Shown here: positions 35,953 through 48,900 of the stretch, one piece after another
Layout of the letters: every line of letters begins with the position of its first letter
How positions within the stretch are numbered: the stretch's first letter is position 1
NCBI GenBank assembly: GCA_051362555.1
Contig: CM120640.1
Coordinates: forward strand, 25,406,225 to 25,470,224
DNA: 64,000 bases
Direction of reading: 5' to 3'
From: Lingula anatina
Taxonomy: Eukaryota > Animalia > Brachiopoda
The notes under the pieces: model-generated
Told to the model about the DNA's origin: nothing
Database searches by the model: none
The model's input: the letters and a program-made list of their open reading frames with translations, nothing else
Program-made: the position numbers and the translations under genes

Positions 35953-37791
35953 AGAAAGTCGTACCATAGCTATGTACATACAGATCTACACAGGTACAGA
36001 GTTTGATCTTTTGTGAGTCTAAAATATAAAATTCAAATTCTTACACTAAAGGCTAATAACTGGGAATATCTGTAAGAAGGAAAACCTTTTAATCGTTTCT
36101 CTTCATGAATGGGGGCTAGTAAACGAACATTAGTTAATTGATGTTGCTGTGCAAAGAAATATTCATGTTTATATCCTTATTTATTCATTTACTTATTTAT
36201 TTATTTAATTTTTTGTTAATTGATTATTTTGAAATGCTGTTGACGGTTCCGTTTAGATTTTATTTAGACTTCAGAACTGAAAGCTGTCGGTGATTTTTAC
36301 CCATTCTGCTGTAACATCACGTAAAATGCAACACATAAAAAAAAATTAAAAAGGTCAATATTTTGAATCATTAATCAAGACCAACGGCGTGTAACAGCGT
36401 AACGGAGGAGTATCGATGCGTGTGTGAACATCATAGTTTTGCACGGGGGCGGGAAAGCTATACGAAGACGTAAAGAAATGGTCCCTTAAAAAAAGGTTTA
36501 AAACATCTTGAATATTTCTCGGCATTACTATTAACAGATCCAACAAAACTTTTTTTCGCTCGATCGAGCTTCATGTAATTATGAAATAGAAGTACACAGT
36601 GTAAAATGTGACTAAATGTTGTGTGCGTACTTTCTTTTTTCTAGGATTTAAATGCAGTTTACACTTGCTTGGTGTAGAATATCTACTAGCTCTGCACTAT
36701 GGATTTACTCCTGCTTTCAAAACTTTGGCAACTCGGTTAGAAAATGAAGTAAGACTCCAGAAAGTATCATACACTTTTCGAAAGGCACATTTTAAAAATA
36801 ATTTCAACAAGAGGTTAATTACATTTCATATAATGGAATTCTGTCACCTGACAATTAAACTACCAATTTTCACAGTACAGGGATGCAACAAATGTTTTGT
36901 ATGATATCGTTTCTTTATTAAGATAATTCTCTTTTCAGGTTGATAATGTTATCCATTCCAGCTTTGTTGATCCTGTGTATGCATACTCAAGAACATCGTC
37001 GTTTAAGTAAGAACTGAACAGGAGGGCCAAATGTAACGACTGGCTAAATATTATTATATTTCTTCGGCTCATAATCAATCTGTTCTATTCAAGTCAGATG
37101 CAGTTGCCTATCATTAGCCTTAATGCTTCTCATAAGTACTCGGTGGTTTCTGGACTATGAAGTTTCCTATCTCTGGTCCAGTTTGTTGTCCCAGTTGACG
37201 TCAAGTTCCATTTGTCATATTTTAAGATCAGCTTAATTTTCATCATAAACATCCATATAGTTCAAGTTTTATCAAAATAGTCTTCTTCTTTGAAACTGGA
37301 TTTTTTCCCTTGAAATTACATTCCATTTTCTCAATTTCAGACCAGTGAGTCTAGGGACCTTGGCCCAACTGTACCTATATTTTTATCCATCTCCTGGAGA
37401 TTTTGTTGTGACTGAGGGAGACATGTTGACAATGCTACAGGCAGCGTTCTCAGAGAACCAGCTAGGCAGTCTCAAAATTGAAACAAATGACATACTTGTT
37501 GAAGGTAAATCCAATGATTACCTTAATATTATTTCATTATCAAAAAAATATATATTAACAAAATCTAATGATAAAATATATATATTTGCAAACTATGTAA
37601 TTAACTTCTTGCAATTCATGGCACTACACTGTTAAATTTAAAAATCCACTCTTCATTGTATGTACATACAACCAATTGTTTGTGTTAGATTGTTAAAATG
37701 TTTTAGGGTCACATATACAAAGTTAAACAAACGACATTTTGTTTCAGAATATCAAGTGTCAACAAACACTACCTTGATTGTGGTGAGCTAA
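34681..37791 (+). CDS. Type II single-pass membrane protein with one SEA-like domain (about 238 aa)
   Basis: Seven phase-compatible exons 34681-34815, 35036-35114, 35446-35568, 36645-36748, 36939-37006, 37341-37504, 37748-37791 (717 nt). Cytosolic YNPVYEPD; TM LILMVIVLITVIMLVVGYG; SEA-like FKCSLHL...PAFKTLATRLENEVDNVI...YAYSRTSSF...LGSLKIETNDILV. Start codon and stalk exon are uncertain. Confidence 0.7.
35904..35950. repeat. Poly-G run
   Basis: About 47 consecutive G; length may be a sequencing or assembly artefact. Confidence 0.8.
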
Positions 37792-38816
37792 TGCTCTAGC
37801 TTCCAAAACTTTGGCAGACCGAGAGAAAGATTACTGTATCTAATTTAACAAAAATAAGCTTCTACATACAATATTTTGCAATCAGATGGGCCTTTACTTC
37901 ATTCTTAAAATTGTTCAGTGTGATTTTTCATATTAAGACCTTTCTGGGCTTTTTTTTTTTTTTTTTTTTTTTGTTTCATGATCTTTTTTCACTTAATTCA
38001 AATCAACTGGAAACTGCCCAATAAGATATTGCACATATACATAAAATGTTGTAGGTTTGCACATTTTTAAAATCACATTCGATGTTGAATATTATTAAAC
38101 TTGATGTCATCATCATCCCTCACCCTTGGGCGGAATGGGAGCAGCAACAGCATGCTTAGACCAGATGTGTTTCTCTCTCATTATTGAAAGAAACTTGATG
38201 TAACCTACAAGATAATTGTTTTGTTGTTGATTTTGTTGTTAAAATTACATGTTGTTTTCGTTGTTAAAATTACAAAAAGTGCTAATAAACACGTTTCTCA
38301 AAGATAATATGGGTAGTTGAAGTCACTTCATTGGACACAAGATTTTGACATTTTTTTTTCTGTCAGAGATCACAACTTGGTTATCCTATAGGCAAAAAAA
38401 ACCTGTTCATTTTCCTATAAATTAATAGACTTGTGAAGATTCTTTTGTCTATAGCTATTTATATTAGTTTGATCTTACCATCCAACATCTATCCTATAAA
38501 TTAAGTTTTTGCCGTAAATGACTAATATCACATCTGTAAACCTTGGGTACATGAAAAATATTTTCCTGCATTCAAGTGGACGAAACTTTAAGTATGCACT
38601 TATCATAATCCTGTATAGGCATTTTAAAAAATCTAATGTTGCATTGGATTAAATATGTTAGTATTAACAAAACCCAAATATTTGTGGGAATATATTAATA
38701 TGTCAACATCATATTTCAGTCCATAGTTTGTATCTTATGATCAGCACCATGAAGCACCATTCCAGATTCTCAACATCTTGAGTGGTCTTTACATTCACAA
38801 TCCAACATACAATCTG

Positions 38817-41703
38817 TCAACTACTATTAGTCTCCAAATCTTTTTGGAAGTCCTCCTTTATCCGATTTATCAGCTGAGGTTGGGAAAATACATCTAGGGC
38901 TGTCATGGCCAGAGCTTTAGCTGCACGAAGTGTATAAGGCTGAGCACCTGGGGAACCTTGCATTGAAAAATAAACACCAAAAACTGATAAAGTTGAAAAA
39001 TGTCTCTTTGACAATGACATCATTAAGAAAATACCACTGAATATGCAACCATGATTACTCTTATCAAAATCTCATCTGCTTTCTGTAACAATATGCAACT
39101 TTATCTTTTACACTTAATTTTAAAAAGCTGTGTGGGGATCCTGTTTCTTACCTGCAACTTCTGTAAACACTCGAGAATGATTGGAGACATCTGTTCCAAT
39201 ATTAAAGAAAGGATGAATGCTGGGCACCACATATGATACATTGCCCATGTCTGTGGAACCTGAGGTCTTCAATTCAGGTTTTCCTTCAGTGTGGTGGTAC
39301 CAGCCTAATTTTGAAGCATTCTCCTCATACAGGCTGATCAAGGTGCTGTTTGTCACCATGTTTGCATAGGCATTAGGTACCCATTCTAACTCCACCTAAT
39401 AAATGATACCACCTTCAGTAAATTCAAAGTTGAATTAATGCTTAACCTTGTTGCTTAACAATTTGTAGATCTCAAAGTTTTTTAAACAATAAGTTTTTTA
39501 TCAAGTAGGTTGTTCAGCTCTCTTGTTGTACAGCTCTCATTATTTAAATTTTTAAAAATCAAGGTTTTTTCCTTACTGTGCATCCAGTCATAGTGGCTGC
39601 AGCTTCAAAGCACTGTATAGCCTTCTTCTTCAGTTCCTCCACTTCCACCACTGTTGGACCTCTCACCATGAACTCCAACTCTGTAAGCTCTGGTATCACA
39701 TTGGCAGCAGCACCTCCATTTGTTATTATACCTACACATAAATATTTATAAATTAAATATTTCAAACATTTCTAGTAAGACTGTCAAATGGTACATATAA
39801 CTGGCTCTCCACTTGCCAAGTTTGTCCAGAAATAAATTGAAAGAAAAATATTCATTTTCACCCACAACCATGCAACTGTTTTACGGCATTTTAGTAAAAC
39901 ACTAATACCAAAATTCCATAAAGCATTCATGTATCAACTTCTAATACAGATCACACAGAGATTTTCATTTAACACTTGTATCAGTATGACAATAAATTTT
40001 AAGCTGATCTTATTATTATTAATTATTACAAATGAATATAACAGTTTACCACAGAACACTAGTCACCCCTTACCATGGATTCTACATGTTGGTTTCATCT
40101 GTTGTCTCATACATGCTATCCCTTGATAACACATGACAGCAGCATCCAGTGCATTCAGACCCATCCAGGGCAAACTAGAGGCATGGGCTGGGCGGCCTCG
40201 ATAACGCACCGTTACTCTGAATGTGACAAGTTTCAATGCTTCAATGAGACTTTTGAATAATTTTGAGGTTTTAAACAGTTTAATAACTAAAGGAGAAATG
40301 TACAATAACTTTTTAAACCAAACTCCTAAAATGTGAAAGAATAAATCACATTAACTTATTCCTAATAATTATACGTAAACATTTACATTTATAAAATATA
40401 GCATTGCTAATTACTGTTACATTCATAAAAGCACAGCACAAACAAAGTGTAGTACATGGCATTAGCTAGTGCAATGGGCCTGCTGATATCAAATGCCTTT
40501 GGATGAGCCATCATGGCGATATCAATATCACTGAAAGCCCCTGCATTTATAAGGTCAATCTTCCCTCCTCCCATTTCCTCTGCTGGGGTACCAAGAACCA
40601 CCAACTGGAAATAAAATGGACCTGAAATAATTTTTAAATTAATATACATATACTAATATTATGAAAGGAGTATGGTGATGTGTGATCAACCAAAAGTACC
40701 AGTTATCATAGAAAGAAAGTACTATATGGACATGCCATATACTAATGTTTCATGCCATATACCATATACTAATTCTTCTGTAAAAGGTTTTGGCTGTTTT
40801 AACTTAGTTTTTGTTTGTTTTGCTTATGATATGAAAATGTGGTGTCACTCTAATCAAGACTTCCTTGTAACTGTATCATCACTAAAACATACCTGAAAGA
40901 CATTCTTGTGTAAGAAGAATGTGACTATGGTTTACTTCAAGACATTTAAGCCTGAATTTAACATAAAAGTAATGCAGGGCATATTTGTAAGAGACCGTTA
41001 AATTAGATTATGAAATAATTTCTTTTGGGAAGAACTTTTAGTTTTTTTACTATACTGTTATTTCTTTATCATTGTAAGTGCTATTCCATTTATAACCATT
41101 AATTAACCATCACCTACGGGTATGCTTTAATTTACCGTTAAAAAGATACAGAAACTGTTGACCTTATCATTCTAATTTTGTACATTAAACAAAAAATAAA
41201 AATAATAGAATCATATTTAAGTAATTGTGATAAAAACATCAAAGGACAAAATCAGTTAAAGGCAACACTGAAAATGTGTGAGACAGAGAAATAAACTTTA
41301 GTATTGCATAAAACCAAGAACGATGCATCACCTTTCCCAGTTTGCTGTTAGACTGTTCAAGGGCAGCTTTGATTCCCAGGCTGGCAGCCACTCCAAGTTC
41401 TGCTATCAGATTATGACCACATGCATGTCCTATCTCAGGTAGAGCATCGTATTCACAAATCACAGCAACTGTGACACCAAGGCCTGACTCATAGGTTGCC
41501 TTGAAAGCAGTTGGCAAGTGGTGGTTTCTCTCCACCTTAAACCTTTCTTTTTCCAAGAATCCCGTTAGTAGATCATGTGCCTGATGTTCTTCATATTTCA
41601 GTTCTGGGTTACACCATATTTTCTGACTCAGCTGATTCAGTTCTTCTTTTCTGTTCTCAATAGTGGAGCACGCAATTTGTTTCAGCGAGGACGAATCTGC
41701 CAT
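38817..41703 (-). CDS. PM20D2: Peptidase M20 domain-containing protein 2 (Xaa-Arg/beta-Ala-Lys dipeptidase, ACY1L2)
   Basis: Exons 41703-41332, 40604-40456, 40216-40074, 39731-39577, 39395-39152, 38956-38817. Motifs EYDALPEIGHACGHNLIA, GTPAEEMGGGK, GRPAHASSLPWMGLNALDA, GSTDMGNVSYVVPSIHP. Probable non-coding exon with donor at 41966-67. Confidence 0.95.
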
Positions 41704-41967
41704 TGCACTTGTATAGCTGAAATATAATAAATCCTTCTGGTATATATTTTGATTAGCTGGTACGGACTACAATGTTTGCGTTTTTTTTTATGTACACTGT
41801 ACTGTACTAGTAGGTATGTAAAACAGAACTACAAGATAAATTGCAAAGCAAGTAAAATGGTGATATTAGAACTAACATTATAAATTTTGCTTCGCCTCTA
41901 TATAAAAATGAACAGGCGCAGTTGATAAATAGTTTTAAAATTTTGAGAGAGGAGTCACACTCGTTAC

Positions 41968-42470
41968 CTTTTATTAATGTACAGAAAAGTTGGCAGCACG
42001 TGACACAGTTTATCACTTCGTTTCAAACTCCCCAAATGTCTAAAATTTCTAAGCCCACTATCTTTTAAAAAAGTGTGCATACGAGCGACAGACGAAAGCA
42101 TCTGCAAGCTGGAGTCGTTAATTTAACTTAAACTTTCTGTTTAACCAATTTACGAACTGTGTTGTCTGCTAGCCAATGGTCATCCTGCCAGTTTGATAAT
42201 GGGCTATTACTGTCCACCGATGGGAAAACACCTGTTTGTTTTGTGTATTGATCCGCAAAGCTAATTTTAAACATTAATGTATATCTTTTATCAATAAAAT
42301 AAAATAAATTACAATTATAAGTGTAAAATTTACATGTAAGCATTACAAATGTTGTATATATACAGTATGTGGGTTTTTAGATTTATGTACTACTTTATTT
42401 TTCGGAAGAAAACAGATGGCTTCTTAATCGAGGAGTTCTACGTCACTTCCTGGAGACACAAAGCGTGAGG
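41968..42470. promoter_or_regulatory. Probable divergent promoter of PM20D2 and BTBD16
   Basis: Head-to-head geometry within about 0.5 kb; CACGTGAC at 41997-42004; overlapping ETS/CRE-like ACGTCACTTCCT at 42440-42451. Confidence 0.55.
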
Positions 42471-45400
42471 ATGATGGCGGAGGCAAAGACGATGACGTAC
42501 CTGCCTCCTAAACTTCACACATCCTACTATCCCACATTTCCCCCAAAGCCGTCCGAAGATTCTTTGTCGTATATCAGGTAAGTTACATTGTATATTTGCA
42601 GATGTCAATCTCCCGGACTTTTAATTTAAAGCAGTAGCCAATATTAGTTACCAAACTCCAACACCTGCAACACATCTTGTCGTGTTACACGTATCACATT
42701 AACAATTTTTATTTTTATTGGTTATTGAACGAATAAGTTAATTTATTGTCATTTTGCTTATGGATATAACAATGGTCTAACAGCTTTCAACAGGTAAAAA
42801 ATTACATTTTAATTAAAAAAAATACATTGTAAAAGCATAATAAATTACTGTACAGCAGTACATTTGTGGTCTGATCCTTAGACTTAGTACTTGCATTTTT
42901 CAAACATCAAACGTCAGATATATTTACAAGCCATTAGTGCACTTACTGATGTTATTTTTATTATTATTGAATGTCTACAAACACTGCTTTGGCTCAAAGA
43001 ACACATTATTATTTTCTTATATTTGAAAGAAAAAAGCACACGGATCTACCTTGCACGAAAATTTATGTGCTAGCACTCCTGTTTATGGTGATATATACTA
43101 TTAGTATATATACATATATATGTATTGCCCATCCCTAATCTGAGGTCAAAAAAACTTAAATCCTATAGATTACAGTACAAGTACTGGTACCCAAACCCAC
43201 CAAATGATCTTCGTGTATGCATAAGTAACTAGGGAATGTACCAGAGAGACAAGTATTTAAACATCTGTAAACTTTTAATTCAAAAAGGCAATAATATCCC
43301 TTTTCTATATTGCATTTTCTTCCTTATAGTTTAGGATATGTCAGTAATTTTCATTTGATCATTATTGTTCATCTTCAGGTCTGTTTTAACAGCTCCCACT
43401 ACGGCACTGATGGGGGTAGTGGTTGATGGAAGGAAACCAGAAAGGGTAAGTAGACATAAAACCACTGGATCTAGACTAGGTTCCCATGCTTAGATCCATC
43501 TGGATTGATATATGTAACTCCCTGGGGAGTCTCACTAAAATGCTATCAACTAACTGGCTTAAATGTCTGTCACACCTACTGAATCAGCTAGGAGGTAAAG
43601 GTAATTACCCCCTAACAGCTTTACTAGGCGTGACAGACATTTAAGCCGGTCAAGTTGACAGCAATTTAGTGAGACTCCCCAGGGAGATAGATCGATCCAA
43701 ATGTCTGTGGGAATGGTCCCTTAGAATATATGGACTATGGAAGTTGGTACAGAGTCACTAATCTATTGTGTAACTCAGTACACACTGCCAGTATGTAGAA
43801 TGTATGTTAGACATTGGATATTAACTAGTGTATCTTAATTATTTGTTTTGCAGATGTGTAAATTATCAGAAGTTTGTTCCACTCTGGCAAATGTTAAAGA
43901 AAATGGGAGCTTTCTTTTTTCATGTTAGATTATTTTCTTTTCACCTTTTCTTTATGGCCTTTGTACATGTATGTCTGTAAAATGCTTAGAATATTATTTG
44001 AGTATGTATCTTATCCAAAATACATAGTTTAGAAGTGTTTTGGGGATTGCTATAGTAAGTTGATGATGTTTGTATAATTATAATATTGTTAGTATTATAT
44101 TTTTATTTGCTACACAGGAAGTTATAGTAAGAGTAAGTATTACTAAACAAAAGTAACTGGTGCTATAATTTGGGTGTAGTTACTTTTTTCTCTGATACAC
44201 ATTCCATTTGTTTTCATTTTTTCCTTTAGTCTATACATTTCATATTTTCATCATTTATATTTTATTTCTTAAACTATGTTAACATCATACCAGAAAATTG
44301 ATTAAGAAAATTCTCTTAGGGTGAACTTTGTGTGGATCTTTGAATCTTTTTTTCTTAATTATAAATGTGATATTTATTTAATCTTAAAATAAAAATAATT
44401 TTCATGAAGTAAACAGACCAACTTTAAACTTTAAGCTTTTTTTTTCTTGAAGTCTTGATACCCTAAAATTGTTATGGTCATACTAATGGTGCTGCCACCT
44501 TAGCACCAGCTCACTTTATGCTAGTGTGTTGGTTTATGGAGCTTAGTGTGGCGGCCTTTGTATTTCTTCACAATGCATTTTATTCAAAATCAATAATGAC
44601 ATAAAGGCATGCTTAATGCACTTTATTTAGAGATCATATTCGGGGCCATGATGTTTATTCACCAAGTTTCAATACAAAGCTATTTTCTTTTCATTTTATT
44701 TGTTTGGAAATCCAATATTCTGATTCTGTAAATAAATCACAGCTCTAAATTGGGTTGTGGTATTGGGTTGTAGCAATATGTCTGAATAGAATATTTCGGT
44801 TGGGTAAAAAGTTTTTGAGGACTTGGGTGAAACCACATTGCCTTATATAATTTTACATTTCAAAATAGGGTCAGCCAATAAATGAGTTTTGCATCAAGCA
44901 GTCATAATTGTGCTTAACCTTGAAATACAGCTGTGAAATATTGTATATAGACTCCATACATATTTACAATCTCAAAAAGCACAGAGATGTTAGCTTGGAT
45001 TTATGCTGCTATTTTAAATTGGCCAGTAAATGACTAGATATACAAGCACTACAGTAATGTAGTGCTTTTTTCAGGAAGAGTACTAATTGATAACTTTTGT
45101 ATTTTCAGCATGCCGTAACACCTCGTTGTAGAGTACGTAAAATGGTTGGAGGTACCAATCGTTGGCGCCTGCCGGAATCTCTGGGCAGTGACCTTTTGGG
45201 GTCATCACAAGCACTTAGAGCAATTAACTTACCATACAATGAATCCATGGTCCACATTTTGACAGGTACATGTACTGCTAAACACACATTTTAGATGTTG
45301 TTGCTATGGACTCTCTTTTATAGTTATTGAAAAAAAAAATTAACAAGTGGGAGGGTGGGTCAGGTATCAATATATTCCAACATTGTCTTATGTGTTAAAC

Positions 45401-45843
45401 TATTTGTAATACCAGGTTATGTTGATTTTATTGCCAACAGTTTTCTGTTATAATTTTATGAATAAAAGCTGTAGGGTCAAATACTCCATTAACACAAATG
45501 TTTTTCATGTTTTTATACCTTTCCTTTAGTATTGTGCCCAATATCAGCTAATCCCTTCTCTTATGTAACGATATATATCCAGATCAATACATTGTTTAGT
45601 CTCTTTTTTTTTAATTTTGTTTTGGATTATTTTAATTTATTATTAAACTTAGTTCCGTTCATTATGAGCTTCTGTACATACTTTTGAAAACTAACTTCTT
45701 CATGATTAATTTTGAATGTCTAAAAGAGGATGGCAGGTATATGTTTAGTACCCATATTAATGTTCATTAATTGCAAAAACCACCTCATTTTGTTACAGTT
45801 TTTTGCCCCCTGGGCTTTTGAACTATTCTGTTTACAATGCTTT

Positions 45844-45919
<76 letters not shown>

Positions 45920-48900
45920 TTTGCATCATTTAAAAAAAGAAACCACAATATATTTAACTTTTTATTGTAATATTTAGCTGAAAACCCTCACCAGTCCATT
46001 AATTTAGACATGGAGAAGCCATATAAGTTTCCCCTGGCAGATATGAGGCCAAGGACCACAACTGGTGGAGATCGTCCAGTAGCTAGCAGTATGTTACCTC
46101 AGTGTCCATCTCCCCCCTACAGTGCACAGCCTAAACCTAAATATGCTGGGTAGGCAGCTCACTATTCTTTTTTAATGATATTTTCATTTACAAGTAATAG
46201 TAAAGAAGTAAACCTAACCATAAAGTTTACATTTTTATCTGTTAAAATACCACATATTAGATATAACTGATAAGATTTGTTTTTTCCATGCTAGAACTAC
46301 TATTAATTTATATTATATTTCATCTATTTATAATTATTATTATTTAATTTGTTGTTATAATATAAACACAAAGCACCATCAAAGGCAACTTCCACCGAGA
46401 ATATTTTTTAGTTATATTTATGTTGAACTTGATGTTCCACCTTGTAGTATACCTCCTATCCCAACCTTTGTGCCATCCCGTGCCAGGCCAGCTAAGCCCA
46501 TGGATGTGTTTCACTATCACTCAAAGAGAACAACATACCCTACTGGGCCAGGTATGGTTTACCTAGAATGCACTGGTCAGATAGTATATGCGTGCTAAAA
46601 ACTCTTTAAAATAGACAACACATTTTATAATCAGTATTTGGATTAGTTTTCAGAAGAAATTAGATTTTGATTTTCAATGTCAGTGTACAGATAATAATTC
46701 TTAATATATTAAAGATATGCACACTCTAAATGAAATAATTAGGGTATTGAATACAGTCATAAACAATTTGTTAAATATATCATCTTATATACATGTACCT
46801 GTTTCTTGCCATAATGTAGACAATTTTACGATAATTGATATTGATAAATTACAAGGTATCCTAAAACAATGTACATTCATCTCATCTCACCATATCACAT
46901 TTCAGATGTGCTTTTGCATTGTGCTGGCATGGATTGGGAATTACATCGACCATTTTTACAGAAATCTGAAACTTTGTCCAGCCTGCTTAACTATGCTGAC
47001 AACCCCTGTCCTCGCTATTACTACAAGAACAAGGCCTCTGAAACCCTGGACAATTACATTAACCGCAGTCACATCTACAGTAATGAATACCGTGAGATCT
47101 CCAGTCGTTTAAATAAGGTTGAGGTGAAAGACGAGGCAGAGTTAGGCAAGGAGAGACGTGGTTTAGATCACCCAGCACATACGTCTGCTCGCTGCATGGC
47201 AAACATGACAGTCATCACTTTAGACCTCAAAGACCCAGTGATAACTAAACATTGTAAGTCAAGTACTTGCTCTCATCATAATCATGCAAGATCTATTTAG
47301 AAATTTTGAACCCTTTATTGAAAAGGAGAATGACGTTGTGTATGCTTGTGGGATATGTTATTGTGTGCTCAATTTACCAGCAGAAAGAATGATACTCTGT
47401 TAAAATTTTAGTATTTTCGTGGTACAATACTGATAGATAACCCAATATATATGTTAAGTTATTCTGTGTTTTAATATATATATTCATTTATCATTTGGAT
47501 CATACCAGCTATAGCAGTTGCCTTGGGTAACCTGTATCATGATGAGACAGAGGTGGAGGTGGTGGATGTGGTTGGAGTCCTGGCAGTGGCTTACCATCTC
47601 AAGTTTAAACATTTGGAAAATGGGTAAGTGGGAACAGGGAGCAGCTTGTTTTTTGTGATGAATACAATTGCCACCTGTAAACATGTCCTGTAAATTGACT
47701 TCAAATAGTTCATGATTTTTTAAAAGAGATCTAAGAAGTAATTCCCTAAAGTTTGTTACTCTTTTGTGCACACATGATGATGTTGCCTTATTTTGCACAG
47801 TTTTGAGAAATTGAGAAATTAGTTTTGAGTCAGTTAATACTGTCCCATATTTGTTAAATGTTTGTTATTTTAGTCACTGTTGTTGTCTTTTATGCTCAGG
47901 TGTGCACGAATTATGATGCGCTCTATTCGAAGCAGAACAGTTTGTAGTTTTTACCAAGCTGCAGTCAAGGTTTGTTTTACATCTTCATGCTGGCATCTTG
48001 TTAAATTGGCTTGTAAAAAACTATTTTTGTTATTAAACAAACATTTTATATCTATGCATCGATAAGAATTAAAATTTGGGATATGTCAACCCATAAACTG
48101 TGAAAAGAATTTAAACATCCTATTTGTGTGATACAAACAGGAACATTTTTGTAAAAACAAATGCACAGGTACTTATGAAGCCTGCATTTTGATAATGATC
48201 TGAAAAAATAGACCAATAAGCATTTATTCAACAAATAAATTAATTTGTGTATTTTTTCTAGTATAAACAACATGAGGTGGCAACATCATGTGAGAGGTGG
48301 TTGGAATGTAACCTTATCCCCCAACTGTCCACACAAATACAGCTGAGAGACTTACCCATGGATGTGCTGCAGAAAATACTCAAGTCCAGCAGGTAACATA
48401 TTGTACAGCACACTACACTTGTAGAAAAAAACAAGATGAAGCTAAGGTTTGCTTCGACCAAAATTAAGTACCTTAAGTAACACCAAAGAGTAGACCAGGA
48501 TGAAACAATTGCAGTATGAGGTGCAAATCTCTCTCTACTTCAATGAACATTTCTTTTTTTTTAATTACAAAGCCTTTATTGATCTTTGTTTCAGGTTGTT
48601 CACATTCAATGAATACTCACTGTACAAGGTGCTGGCATACTGGGTCTTTCTACAGATGAACCCTCAAATACAGCTGATGCCTTCACACAGCTCTGTACTG
48701 GCATATTTCAACAGGTAACTGGCACTGGCTGCTGGAGCCCTTTTAACCATCTTTTAATAAAATTCAAGATAAAAACATATATTCAAATAATGAATGTTTA
48801 TTGATTTCTAAATGTACTGGAGATTTTTTGTAGATTTGTACAAAATAGTTTAGGAATCAAAACACTACCTACCATATCGTTTTATCACTAAAAAGACAGG

